Source: an uncultured Clostridia bacterium
GTDB taxonomy: Bacteria; Bacillota; Clostridia; Christensenellales; UBA3700
Length of the DNA: 64,000 nt
NCBI GenBank assembly: GCA_947175555.1
Contig: CAMWNK010000003.1
Location: 4,540 to 68,539 of the forward strand
Direction of reading: 5' to 3'
Shown here: positions 47,628-56,734 of the stretch, piece by piece
How positions within the stretch are numbered: position 1 is the stretch's first letter
Layout: every line of letters starts with the position of its first letter
Translations under genes and position numbers: made by a program
The notes under the pieces: generated by a model
Seen by the model: only the letters and a program-made list of their open reading frames with translations
The model's database searches: none
What the model was told of the DNA's origin: nothing

Positions 47628-49409
47628 ATGGTAAAAACACTGGCTAAAAGTATACGTAATTACAAACGGGCAAGTATAATCACCCCTATTACCGTATCAA
47701 TAGAGGTTATACTTGAGGTATTAATCCCTTTTGTCATGTCCGACCTTATCAACTACATGGAAAAGACTTCTCCCATGAAGATAACTACCGTCGTAGCATA
47801 CGGAGCGATATTGCTTGTTATGGCAATGGTCTCGCTGATAATGGGCATGCTATCGGGCAAGTATTGCGCTACGGCGTCGGCAGGCTTTGCAAAGAATCTG
47901 CGTCAAGACATGTTCTATAAGGTACAGAGCTTCTCATTTGCCAATATAGACAAGTTTTCTACTTCGTCTTTGGTTACAAGAATGACTACGGACGTTACCA
48001 ACGTGCAGATGTCTTATATGATGATAATAAGAGTTGCTGTAAGAACTCCGTTGATGTTGGTATTTTCTCTGATAATGTCCTTCTTTGTCAACGTATATCT
48101 TGCTCTCATATTCCTGATAGCTATACCTATCGTAGGACTGTGCCTTGCCGTGATTGCGCTTAAAGTACGCCCGATATTCATAAGAGTGTTCAAAAAGTAC
48201 GACCGCCTAAACGAAAGCGTACAGGAGAACGTCCGCGGCGCGCGCGTAGTTAAAGCATACGTCAGAGAGGACTACGAGAAGAAGAAGTTTGTCGTAGCGT
48301 CCGACGATATTAAAGGCGACTTTACCCGCGCGGAGAAACTTCTTGCCATAAGCACGCCCGTAATGCAATTTTCTATCTACATAATAATGATACTTGTAGC
48401 CGTACTCGGCGGCATGATTACGGTAAAATCGCTCGGAGGCGTAGACGGGACGTATTGGTTTGGCGCAATGGATACGGGTAAATTGATGAATCTGATATCC
48501 TATGCGTTCATGATACTGCAAAGTCTGATGATGCTTGCAATGATACTTGTCATCATATCCATGTCGGTTACCAGCGGCAACCGTATAGCGGAAGTTCTCA
48601 ACGAAGAAAGCACACTGCATAATCCCGACAATGCCGTTACCGAGGTCAAAGACGGCTCGATAACGTTCAACGACGTATCTTTCAGCTATAAGGACGACTC
48701 AGGCAAGTACTGCCTTACCGATATCTACTTGGATATACCATCGGGCTCTACGATAGGCATACTCGGCGGAACAGGCGCGTCAAAGACAACTCTCGTACAG
48801 TTGATACCCAGACTTTACGACGCTACTAAAGGCAGCGTAAAAGTCGGCGGAGTCGACGTGCGCGATTATGAACTCGACGTACTGCGCAACAGCGTTGCCA
48901 TGGTATTGCAGAAGAATACGCTATTCAGCGGCACAATCAACGAGAATATGCGTTGGGGCAATCCCGATGCCACGCAGGAAGAAATACGCGAGGCTTGTAT
49001 ACAGGCTCAAGCCGATCCCTTCATAGAGACATTCCCTAAGGGATACGATACATATATCGAACAAGGCGGAACCAACGTCTCGGGCGGACAGAAACAGCGT
49101 CTGTGCATAGCGCGCGCTCTTCTTAAGAAGCCTAAGATAATTATCTTCGACGACTCGACCTCCGCCGTCGATACTAAGACAGACGCGCAGATACGCAAGG
49201 CTTTAGCGGATAATATCCCCGGGACTACCAAGATAATAATCGCTCAGCGCATCTCTTCGGTACAAGAAGCGGATAAAATCATCGTCATGCACGGCGGCAA
49301 AATTGCCGAGATGGGCACTCATGAGGAGCTGCTGAAAAAGGGCGGCATCTATAACGAAATATATGACGCTCAAATCAATAATAAGAAGGAGGATGGCGAA
49401 AATGAGTAA
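47628..49409 (+). CDS. ABC exporter, fused permease/ATPase (heterodimer subunit 1)
   Basis: 593 aa with a six-TM N-terminal half. Walker A GGTGASKTT, signature VSGGQKQR, Walker B IIIFDDSTSAVD. GGTGA lies before the ATG. Confidence 0.9.
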   Translation: MVKTLAKSIRNYKRASIITPITVSIEVILEVLIPFVMSDLINYMEKTSPMKITTVVAYGAILLVMAMVSLIMGMLSGKYCATASAGFAKNLRQDMFYKVQSFSFANIDKFSTSSLVTRMTTDVTNVQMSYMMIIRVAVRTPLMLVFSLIMSFFVNVYLALIFLIAIPIVGLCLAVIALKVRPIFIRVFKKYDRLNESVQENVRGARVVKAYVREDYEKKKFVVASDDIKGDFTRAEKLLAISTPVMQFSIYIIMILVAVLGGMITVKSLGGVDGTYWFGAMDTGKLMNLISYAFMILQSLMMLAMILVIISMSVTSGNRIAEVLNEESTLHNPDNAVTEVKDGSITFNDVSFSYKDDSGKYCLTDIYLDIPSGSTIGILGGTGASKTTLVQLIPRLYDATKGSVKVGGVDVRDYELDVLRNSVAMVLQKNTLFSGTINENMRWGNPDATQEEIREACIQAQADPFIETFPKGYDTYIEQGGTNVSGGQKQRLCIARALLKKPKIIIFDDSTSAVDTKTDAQIRKALADNIPGTTKIIIAQRISSVQEADKIIVMHGGKIAEMGTHEELLKKGGIYNEIYDAQINNKKEDGENE

Positions 49410-51309
49410 AAAGCATAGCAAATCGACGGCACTGTCAAGAGTATTTCGCGAGCTTTTCGCAAGATATAAGTGGCAACTCATACTTATTATCTTCTGTATA
49501 CTGCTCAGCTCCGCCGGCTCTATATCAAGTTCTATTTTTATAGCAACGCTCGTAGACGACTATCTCGAGCCCATGATTACCTCCGCTGTAAACGGCGCGG
49601 CGTACAGCTTCTTACCTATGCTCAAGTTTATAGGCTCGATGTCTTGCATATTCGCAGCCGCGATAATAGGCTCGTTCATCTATACAAGGCTGATGGGCGT
49701 AGTTACTCAGCACTTCCTTGCCGATATCCGTAATACGATGTTCGGTAAAATGCAGACGCTGCCTATACGCTACTTCGACACGACCAAGACGGGCGATATA
49801 ATGAGTATATACACCAACGACGTAGACGCTCTGAGGCAGATGATAGGCATGAGCTTCCCTCAGCTTATCTCTTCATCGGTAACAATCATATCGTCGGTAG
49901 TATTGATGCTCTATTACAGCATATGGCTATCGCTTGTTGTTATGGTTGCCGTTACGGCAATGGTGCTGATATCTCGCCATATTGCAGGACACAGCGTACG
50001 CTACTTTATCAAGCAGCAGCACGCAATGGGTAGCGTAGACGGATACATCGAGGAATCTCTATCGGGTCAGAAAGTTATCAAGGTCTTCTGCCACGAAAAG
50101 GAAGCGAAAGAGGCTTTCGATAAAGTAAACGAAGAGCTGTTCAACGCTACAGAGAACGCCAACAAGTACTCCAATATATTAATGCCGATACTGGGCAATA
50201 TAGGAAATCTATTGTACGTCGTACTTGCATTAGTAGGCGCATCGCTCTTCTTATCGGGCGCAAGCAACGTAAGTCTGCGCGGACTGGAAGCGCTCAGCAT
50301 AGGCGTAGTTGTCGCATTCCTCAGCATGAGCAAGATGTTCACTCAGCAAGTAGGCATGGTATCCCAGCAGGTCAACTCCATTGCAATGGGTATTGCGGGC
50401 GCGCAGCGTATCTTCGACCTTATAGACGAGACGCCCGAGCAAGACGAAGGCTACGTTACTCTTGTCAACGCGAGGTATGACGAGAGCGGCAACCTTACGG
50501 AGTCGGAGACGCGCACAAATATATGGGCTTGGAAGCATTATCATAAGGCTGATAATACCACTACGTACCAGCTGCTGCAAGGCGATATATACATAGAGAA
50601 TATGGACTTTGGATACAATCCCGATAAGTTGGTTCTTAAGGACGTTTCGCTGTACGCAAAGCCCGGGCAGAAAGTAGCGTTCGTAGGAGCAACGGGAGCA
50701 GGAAAAACTACTATAACCAATCTGCTCAACCGCTTTTACGATATTGACGACGGCAAGATACGCTACGACGGCATCAACATCAATAAGATAAAAAAGCCCG
50801 ACCTGCGCCGCTCTCTCGGTATAGTGTTGCAAGACACCAATCTGTTTACGGGCACTATCATGGAGAATATACGCTACGGCAAGCTCGATGCTACAGACGA
50901 AGAATGTATTGAAGCGTCTAAGATTGCCAACGCATACGACTTCATTACTCGCCTGCCCGAAGGATTCGACACCATGCTCGAAGCAGACGGAGCCAATCTC
51001 TCTCAAGGACAAAGGCAGCTGCTGTCTATAGCTCGCGCCGCCGTAGCCAATGCTCCCGTGATGATTCTCGACGAAGCCACGTCGAGTATAGACACTCATA
51101 CGGAAAAGCTCGTACAAGACGGCATGGATAAACTAATGCAAGGCAGGACGGTATTCGTCATAGCGCACAGACTGTCTACGGTAAGAAACTCCGACGCAAT
51201 TATGGTCCTCGATCACGGCAAGATAATCGAGCGCGGCTCGCACCAACAGTTGATTGATAAAAAGGGCACGTACTATCAGCTCTATACAGGAGCGTTCGAA
51301 CTGGAGTAA
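49402..51309 (+). CDS. ABC exporter, fused permease/ATPase (heterodimer subunit 2)
   Basis: Walker A GATGAGKTT, signature LSQGQRQL, Walker B VMILDEATSSID. The start is set at ATG 49402, with AAGGAGG 9 nt upstream. It overlaps the upstream stop by 8 nt. The ORF track start at 49363 has no SD. Confidence 0.9.
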   Translation: MSKKHSKSTALSRVFRELFARYKWQLILIIFCILLSSAGSISSSIFIATLVDDYLEPMITSAVNGAAYSFLPMLKFIGSMSCIFAAAIIGSFIYTRLMGVVTQHFLADIRNTMFGKMQTLPIRYFDTTKTGDIMSIYTNDVDALRQMIGMSFPQLISSSVTIISSVVLMLYYSIWLSLVVMVAVTAMVLISRHIAGHSVRYFIKQQHAMGSVDGYIEESLSGQKVIKVFCHEKEAKEAFDKVNEELFNATENANKYSNILMPILGNIGNLLYVVLALVGASLFLSGASNVSLRGLEALSIGVVVAFLSMSKMFTQQVGMVSQQVNSIAMGIAGAQRIFDLIDETPEQDEGYVTLVNARYDESGNLTESETRTNIWAWKHYHKADNTTTYQLLQGDIYIENMDFGYNPDKLVLKDVSLYAKPGQKVAFVGATGAGKTTITNLLNRFYDIDDGKIRYDGININKIKKPDLRRSLGIVLQDTNLFTGTIMENIRYGKLDATDEECIEASKIANAYDFITRLPEGFDTMLEADGANLSQGQRQLLSIARAAVANAPVMILDEATSSIDTHTEKLVQDGMDKLMQGRTVFVIAHRLSTVRNSDAIMVLDHGKIIERGSHQQLIDKKGTYYQLYTGAFELE

Positions 51310-51330
51310 ATCAAGATATAACATGCGTTT

Positions 51331-51362
51331 AGGCGGGCACAAGCAATGTGTCCGCCTTTTTT
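51331..51362 (+). terminator. rho-independent terminator of the MarR-ABC operon
   Basis: A 10-bp stem AGGCGGGCAC / GTGTCCGCCT with one G-U pair and a 7-nt loop, followed by TTTTTT. Confidence 0.8.
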
Positions 51363-51383
51363 ACGTTGCCATAGGATAGACTT

Positions 51384-51812
51384 GTGCATTATAATAGGTG
51401 CATGGACATTCATTACGAAGTAGTAGGCGCAATCTTTATATCAGACGGCAAAGTCTTGGCATTCAAGCGCGGCGCGTCTTCAAATCCTCTCGTAGCATAC
51501 AAATGGGAATTTGCGGGAGGCAAAGTCGAGCGCGGAGAAGACGAAAAGTCCGCGCTTGAACGCGAGTTAAAGGAAGAATTAAACCTTACATGCCTTGTCA
51601 AAGACAAGTTTATGACCACCGATTATACTTATCCCAAGTACAGCGTAAGGCTGCATTTATACCGCTGCGATATGCTGTCCGACTTCACTTTGAGGGAGCA
51701 CGTTGCTTGCCGTTGGATGGCGGCGGAAGAGCTCAATCAAGACGAGTGGGCGCCTGCGGACATACCCGTCATAGACAGGCTGAAATCGGAATTAGCTTCT
51801 ACTGCGAAATAA
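51384..51812 (+). CDS. NUDIX hydrolase (MutT-like)
   Basis: Nudix box GKVERGEDEKSALERELKEEL (G-X5-E-X7-RE-X2-EE). GTG 51384 has AGGA 7 nt upstream. The alternative ATG at 51402 has poor spacing. Confidence 0.8.
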   Translation: MHYNRCMDIHYEVVGAIFISDGKVLAFKRGASSNPLVAYKWEFAGGKVERGEDEKSALERELKEELNLTCLVKDKFMTTDYTYPKYSVRLHLYRCDMLSDFTLREHVACRWMAAEELNQDEWAPADIPVIDRLKSELASTAK

Positions 51813-51874
51813 TATAGGGCGCGGACGCGAGATTGCAAACTTGCATCAGTATCGAATGCAGCCGCTTGCGCCAT

Positions 51875-52810
51875 TTACATCTCCAGATAAAAGTCTGTCC
51901 TTTTCAACCTTGAGCCTACTTGTTGCGTCAATTTCAGTTTTTGCTTTTCCGTGCTGTGAGCGTATCTTGCAAGCGTAACGGTAGGACTGCTATGACCGAG
52001 CATCTCCGACAGCGTCTTCATGTCCGCGCCCGACTCGAGCGCCCTTGTCGCATATGTATGCCTTAAGCTGTGGAAGCCCTTGTGCGATATCTTGAGGTAT
52101 TTCAATATCTTACCGAATGACTTTTGATAGCTATTGACCTGCACGTATCCGCCCTTGATAGTCGATATCACATACTCCCCGCCCGTAGACTTAAGCAGGC
52201 GAAACAGCGGAGTGAGCTGCTTGGGATATGGGATTACTCTTACTCCCGCCGCCGTCTTGGGAGTACCGAGATACGGGTTCTTCTCTCCCTTGCTTATCCT
52301 CAGATTGCCCACCGTCTTGCTTATAGAAAGCGTTGCGTTGCGCATATCCACGTCGTCCCAAGTAAGAGCAAGCAACTCGCCTATGCGCAGCCCCGTATAC
52401 AACGCAATGAGTATGCCGTAATTTCGCGCCCTGCCGCTCTTCATTATAAATCGCTCCAGCTTCTTTTGCTCGCGCTCTGTAAAGGCGTCTATCTTCTTTT
52501 GCCTGTGCTTAAGAGTTATATCAAGCGTAGGATTAGTCTTGATGATTCCTCTGCTCGTTGCTTGCTTAAATGCGCGCTTTATGACGCCCACTATCTGCAA
52601 TACGGAATTATCCGCAAGTCCCGCTTGACATTGCAGATATTCCGAGATATATCTCTCCACCATCTCTTTAGTAACTTTCCTGATGGGCACTCCGTCGAAC
52701 GACGGCTTAATGTGCGTGGCAATCAACTCATCGTAACGATTGTGCGTACGCGTCTTGATTTTGCCCTCCTGCTCCTTCAACCATTGATTGAAGTATTCGT
52801 CTGTTGTCAT
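51875..52810 (-). CDS. tyrosine-type site-specific recombinase / integrase
   Basis: Catalytic motifs TGLRIGELLAL, HSLRHTYAT, LGHSS and RYAH (R..HxxR..H..Y). The start is set at ATG 52810, with AAGGAGG 7 nt upstream. The ORF track extends to 52840. Confidence 0.9.
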   Translation of the reverse strand: MTTDEYFNQWLKEQEGKIKTRTHNRYDELIATHIKPSFDGVPIRKVTKEMVERYISEYLQCQAGLADNSVLQIVGVIKRAFKQATSRGIIKTNPTLDITLKHRQKKIDAFTEREQKKLERFIMKSGRARNYGILIALYTGLRIGELLALTWDDVDMRNATLSISKTVGNLRISKGEKNPYLGTPKTAAGVRVIPYPKQLTPLFRLLKSTGGEYVISTIKGGYVQVNSYQKSFGKILKYLKISHKGFHSLRHTYATRALESGADMKTLSEMLGHSSPTVTLARYAHSTEKQKLKLTQQVGSRLKRTDFYLEM

Positions 52811-52920
52811 TATATAACCTCCTTGTCTGCCTGTACGCACTCAAGGAATGTCAAACGAAACCGACGCCCTGAAGCGTCGGCAATTTTTTATTATACCAAC
52901 CCCTATAAACCAACATTTAT

Positions 52921-53202
52921 TTAACTGATTAATCCGTAAGATTTCACTGATTGGGATATCATCGTATCGGCGGCGATTACTTTATCACTACCGCGCAAAA
53001 AAGCAGCCTCTGCGCGCCGCAATTTGACAACTATCTTATCGAGCGCCATATATAACAACGAAACCCCAAAACTAAAAGGATAATATTTCTGTCTTTTGAT
53101 AACATTTGGCAGCGACCGTAAATGCCGCAAGATAGCATCGTTATTATTTATCTTCATTGGCAATAATCTTGTCAATCGCTTGCTTATCTTCATTAGAAAC
53201 AA
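52921..53202 (-). CDS. hypothetical protein (weak call)
   Basis: 93-aa ORF directly upstream of the integrase, with no recognisable motif. Its 5' end overlaps the preceding ORF. Confidence 0.25.
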   Translation of the reverse strand: MFLMKISKRLTRLLPMKINNNDAILRHLRSLPNVIKRQKYYPFSFGVSLLYMALDKIVVKLRRAEAAFLRGSDKVIAADTMISQSVKSYGLIS

Positions 53203-53659
53203 GTTTGTCTATATTCAATAATTCGTTTACCGCCTCGTTTATCTCATTGTCTGTTGCGCCGCTTGACTTCATTTTCTTTTTTATCGATTCCGTAATGCTT
53301 TTTCGAGACTCTGTATCCACACTGTAATCTTTTGCATAATTAAACAAGTATTCCTTAGGAATATCGTAGTATTCCATATAGCTCTTTACGGCCTCGGGGA
53401 TAGACATCCCAAGTTTAGTTAATTTGAACGTAGCCTTTCCGCCCAGTTCCGTTTTATAGTACCAATCCTTATTTTTCATGAAGTATGACGTGGCAGAATA
53501 GATATCGCTATCAGTTTGAGCGATTTGACTTTTATCAAGATTCATTGCGATGAGCTCGGCAGCTTTCATACATTCATCGATTGATATGGAAAAATTGTCA
53601 TTGCTACCGCTTGTCTCGAATTCGATAATCCCATCATTGCTGCATTTATCTTTGCACAC
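53144..53659 (-). CDS. hypothetical protein. It is either a separate gene (start probably ATG 53569, forming an ATGA overlap) or the C-terminal part of a frameshifted 53144-54048 gene.
   Basis: 171-aa ORF from GTG 53659. The internal ATG at 53569 overlaps the stop of the upstream ORF as ATGA. The acidic/Lys-rich C-terminus has no known motif. Confidence 0.5.
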   Translation of the reverse strand: MCKDKCSNDGIIEFETSGSNDNFSISIDECMKAAELIAMNLDKSQIAQTDSDIYSATSYFMKNKDWYYKTELGGKATFKLTKLGMSIPEAVKSYMEYYDIPKEYLFNYAKDYSVDTESRKSITESIKKKMKSSGATDNEINEAVNELLNIDKLVSNEDKQAIDKIIANEDK

Positions 53660-54048
53660 CTATCCAAGAGACCTTTTCCTTTTGCCCGCAAAACTCTAAA
53701 ATTCGCAATATCCTTGAAAGCAACGGTAACAAAAGCTGCTTTGAACAGTTTCTTCTCCCTTATTAATATCTGCAAACTGTCATCATAAACAACCAGCGCG
53801 ACTTTACCATTGAAATACACGTCGTTTAGTCCCGACAGTAATAATTTTATCATAGCAATTCCAATGATAAGCATTGCAATATCTGCTATTATAACACAGC
53901 CTACTTCTATAGCTCGAAGCGCAGAATAGTCTACTAATATAGAAAGAAGAATTACAGCAACAAGCATTACTAAAGCTAAAATGCCCCCACCGTATGTTTT
54001 AATGAATATACAACGCCTTTTTGCTTTGAATTGTATTCCCAACCCCAT
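53566..54048 (-). CDS. membrane protein with two TM segments followed by a bacterial PH-like (bPH_2/DUF304-like) region
   Basis: 160-aa ORF. Its TM segments are GGGILALVMLVAVILLSILV and VGCVIIADIAMLIIGIAMIKLLL, followed by beta-rich KVALVVYDDSLQILIREKKLF. Confidence 0.55.
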   Translation of the reverse strand: MGLGIQFKAKRRCIFIKTYGGGILALVMLVAVILLSILVDYSALRAIEVGCVIIADIAMLIIGIAMIKLLLSGLNDVYFNGKVALVVYDDSLQILIREKKLFKAAFVTVAFKDIANFRVLRAKGKGLLDRCAKINAAMMGLSNSRQAVAMTIFPYQSMNV

Positions 54049-54328
54049 ATCAAAATTATATCATAACAAGACGATTGTAACAAATAATTAATATAATATC
54101 GCTTATACGATTTAACGCTCTAAGCTGTTTAACTTATTCGCAATATTTGCCATATTAATCGCATAAGCTCGCAATCACATCTTACAGTTTGAATTCTCAG
54201 TATGCTATTACTCTGTAGTTTTCACGCTTTATAAATGCAGTTTTTATAAGTTTGCGTTCGCTTTCTCTCAAATAACGCAACATCACTTCTTGATACTACA
54301 TGTATTAGCGTGCATTATAGATAAAAGG

Positions 54329-54357
54329 TTGATTATTTTGAAAATCCGTGTTATACT
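54329..54357 (+). promoter_or_regulatory. candidate promoter driving a ~185-nt structured leader
   Basis: TTGATT (54329-54334), a 17-nt spacer, then extended -10 TGtTATACT (54349-54357). Confidence 0.45.
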
Positions 54358-54520
54358 GTGTATTGCCAAACAATCTTAATAATTGTGGTATATTTTAGCA
54401 CAATTTTTCACAGTATTACTATAGGCATAGTAGTACCTAATTTCTGTGAAATTTTTGTGCATTACTTTAATTCCGCAAAACCAGAAAAGATTGTTTGGCG
54501 ACTGTTAGGGTACTTCATGC

Positions 54521-54551
54521 GGGCAACCTTAACGGTTGCCCTTATTTTTTT
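54521..54551 (+). terminator. intrinsic terminator located between a promoter and the LRR gene start (attenuator or sRNA 3' end)
   Basis: An 8-bp stem GGGCAACC / GGTTGCCC with the 5-nt loop TTAAC, followed by TTATTTTTTT. It ends 25 nt before GTG 54576. Confidence 0.7.
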
Positions 54552-54575
54552 GCCCGCAAAAAAGCGAGGTGAAAA

Positions 54576-56393
54576 GTGGAAAAAAGGAAGAAGAAAAACC
54601 TACTCATTGTTATAGCGTCTGTTTTAACTATCGCTATCATTATACTTGTCATTTGCCTAACGGTCATACCAAGCAGTACAGAGCCTGACAATACAGACGT
54701 GCCTGACCTAGGTCAAGACGGCGAAATTACAGGCGATAACACCCCGGATGATACACAAATCGGCGGAGATAATGGACAAAACACCGGCGGAGATAACGGA
54801 CAAGATTCAGGCGGCAATACGGGCAGCACTCCTCCCGACGGCGGACAAGAGGATGTAAATAAAGGCGACGGCGATAAGGAAGAAACCCCGCCGATTCATG
54901 AGCACGATTACAAGACGACGGTGGTATCCCCCACCTGCACAAGCAGCGGATATACCACATATATATGTTCCGGTTGCAAAGACAGCTATGTCAGCGATTA
55001 TGTTGATGCGACAGGGCACACCGAAAAGACGATTACAGGTACTCCAGCCGGCTGTTTGCGCCCAGGCAAAACCGATGGTATAAGCTGCGGCGTATGCGGG
55101 ATAGTATTGGAAAATCAAACTGATATAGAGCCTTTAGGACACTCTTATACAAGCTACGTTTGCATACGCTGCAATGCCATTGACCCCAACATGCCCGAAT
55201 CTTCAGGACTCGAATTTGAATATAACTACAGCACCGGCAGTTATACTTTAACGAACATAGGCGAATGCCCCGATAAAAACATAAAAATTCCTGCCGAGTA
55301 TAAAGGACGCCCTGTAACGGCAATAGGTCCGTATGCGCTTACCTATTCAGGCGCAAAACACGTTTATTTACCCGACAGTATAACCGAAATACAGGACCAC
55401 GCCTTCTCTACTTGTTCCGAGCTGATTAGCGTGAACTTACCTGCGGGTGTTTCTATCGGCGAATCAGCTTTCGGCGCCTGCTATAAACTGGAAAGCATAG
55501 AAATACCTGACGGCACTACTTATATAGAAAATTATGCTTTCCAAAACTGTACGTCTTTAAAGAGCGTGAAGCTCGGAAAGGATGTTACGGGCTTTGGCAC
55601 CTACACATTCGATCGTTGCGAAGCACTTGAATATTTTGAGGTTTCGCCTGATAACACAGTCTACTCTTCAAAAGACGGCATCATTTACAACAAAAGCCAG
55701 ACTGTTATGTCATTTATCCCCAATGCTTTAAGCGGCGATGTAGTAATTCCCGATACGGTATGGTCAATCATGAGCTTTAAATACAAGACCAATCTAATAA
55801 GTGTAAAACTTCCCAATGGATTGAATTCAATAGATTCTTCCTTATTTGAAGGTTGCACTTCTTTAAAAAGCGTTACTATCCCTGACGGAGTAAAAACCAT
55901 CGGCAGTAATGCGTTTAAAAACTGTTCCGCGCTTGAAAGTTTGACAATCCCCGACAGCGTTACATCAATCGCAAGGGACGCATTCTGTGGCTGCACCAAC
56001 ATAATTAACTCCGAAAACGGAATACTATACGTCGGTAATTGGGTTGTCGGCAATGATGGCGGCGTAATCGATGTGGTGCTGCCCGACACCATAAAAGGTA
56101 TAGCAGACTGGGCATTCTATGGTTGCAAAACACTTGAAAGCATAGTTATCCCCGACGGCGTTACAAGCATCGGCATTTGGGCGTTCTACAATTGCTCAGC
56201 GCTTAAAACAATAACCATACCCGAAAGCGTAACATCTTTCAATTCTATGGCGTTTTATAATTGCACCAAACTTACCGACATATACTACGACGCAACAAAA
56301 GCAAGTTGGGATGCTATACAAAAAGCCAATTCTTGGAACAGCTATACAGGGAATTATACTATACACTGCATAGACGGGGATATATCTAAATAA
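54576..56393 (+). CDS. cell-surface leucine-rich-repeat protein (BspA-type LRR_5) with N-terminal TM, G/D/N-rich linker and Cys-rich module
   Basis: 605-aa ORF with GAGGTG 4 nt before the GTG. The TM is LLIVIASVLTIAIIILVICLTVI. The Cys-rich region reads HDYKTTVVSPTCTSSGYTTYICSGCKD...CGVCG...CIRCN. There are about 10 repeats of the IPDGVTSIG..AF..C..L.S[VI] type. Confidence 0.85.
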   Translation: MEKRKKKNLLIVIASVLTIAIIILVICLTVIPSSTEPDNTDVPDLGQDGEITGDNTPDDTQIGGDNGQNTGGDNGQDSGGNTGSTPPDGGQEDVNKGDGDKEETPPIHEHDYKTTVVSPTCTSSGYTTYICSGCKDSYVSDYVDATGHTEKTITGTPAGCLRPGKTDGISCGVCGIVLENQTDIEPLGHSYTSYVCIRCNAIDPNMPESSGLEFEYNYSTGSYTLTNIGECPDKNIKIPAEYKGRPVTAIGPYALTYSGAKHVYLPDSITEIQDHAFSTCSELISVNLPAGVSIGESAFGACYKLESIEIPDGTTYIENYAFQNCTSLKSVKLGKDVTGFGTYTFDRCEALEYFEVSPDNTVYSSKDGIIYNKSQTVMSFIPNALSGDVVIPDTVWSIMSFKYKTNLISVKLPNGLNSIDSSLFEGCTSLKSVTIPDGVKTIGSNAFKNCSALESLTIPDSVTSIARDAFCGCTNIINSENGILYVGNWVVGNDGGVIDVVLPDTIKGIADWAFYGCKTLESIVIPDGVTSIGIWAFYNCSALKTITIPESVTSFNSMAFYNCTKLTDIYYDATKASWDAIQKANSWNSYTGNYTIHCIDGDISK

Positions 56394-56413
56394 CTCATAT
56401 CCGCAACTACATG

Positions 56414-56460
56414 TATAAACCGCCACAGGCATAAGCGTGAGGCGGTTTATACGCGTTTTT
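56414..56460 (+). terminator. rho-independent terminator after the LRR gene
   Basis: An 11-bp stem TATAAACCGCC / GGCGGTTTATA (56414-56424 and 56441-56451) followed by CGCGTTTTT. Confidence 0.55.
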
Positions 56461-56734
56461 CTATTTGTAGGAGAAAGTATATTTCATTGCAAGGCGATGA
56501 CGTAAAAGAATATTTAGATTACTTCTTCTACTACGATAGAATCTTTGACGCAATAAAAAGCAAGTTACTCGTCAAAAAAAGTTAACCGATAATATATAAG
56601 TCAGTGCGTGCACTCGCCTTATTAGGCTATTCAAAAATTCAACTGTTATGCCACAAGACAGCAAGTAAGATAAAGCTCAAATAGCCGCTTTGTGGGTAAA
56701 CAAAATTTTTCTAAATTATAAATAATTGACTATT

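Noticed and set aside
50251-51117. 288-aa minus-strand ORF inside the second ABC transporter gene. The same applies to 48207-48620 and 52124-52924, which are antisense to the first ABC gene and the integrase.
   Set aside because: These are antisense shadows of genes with unambiguous Walker/signature or recombinase motifs. They have no motifs or SD of their own.
51813-52920. A direct repeat of the tRNA-Ala 3' end (TGGTGGAGCTAAGGGGAGTCGAACC on the plus strand) expected as the distal att site of the island.
   Set aside because: It is not visible by eye near either side of the intact integrase gene. The island boundaries therefore remain inferred, and a proper repeat search is needed.
54358-54615. 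85-aa plus-strand ORF upstream of the LRR gene.
   Set aside because: It starts inside the predicted -10/TSS region, runs through the long hairpin and the intrinsic terminator, and overlaps the LRR start. It is far more consistent with a structured non-coding leader.
56470-56585. Short plus-strand ORF after the LRR terminator (..QGDDVKEYLDYFFYYDRIFDAIKSKLLVKKS) with AGGAGA upstream.
   Set aside because: Only non-ATG starts (ATT or TTG) are available, it is about 34 aa, and it has no recognisable family. It could be a gene fragment and is not supportable as a feature.
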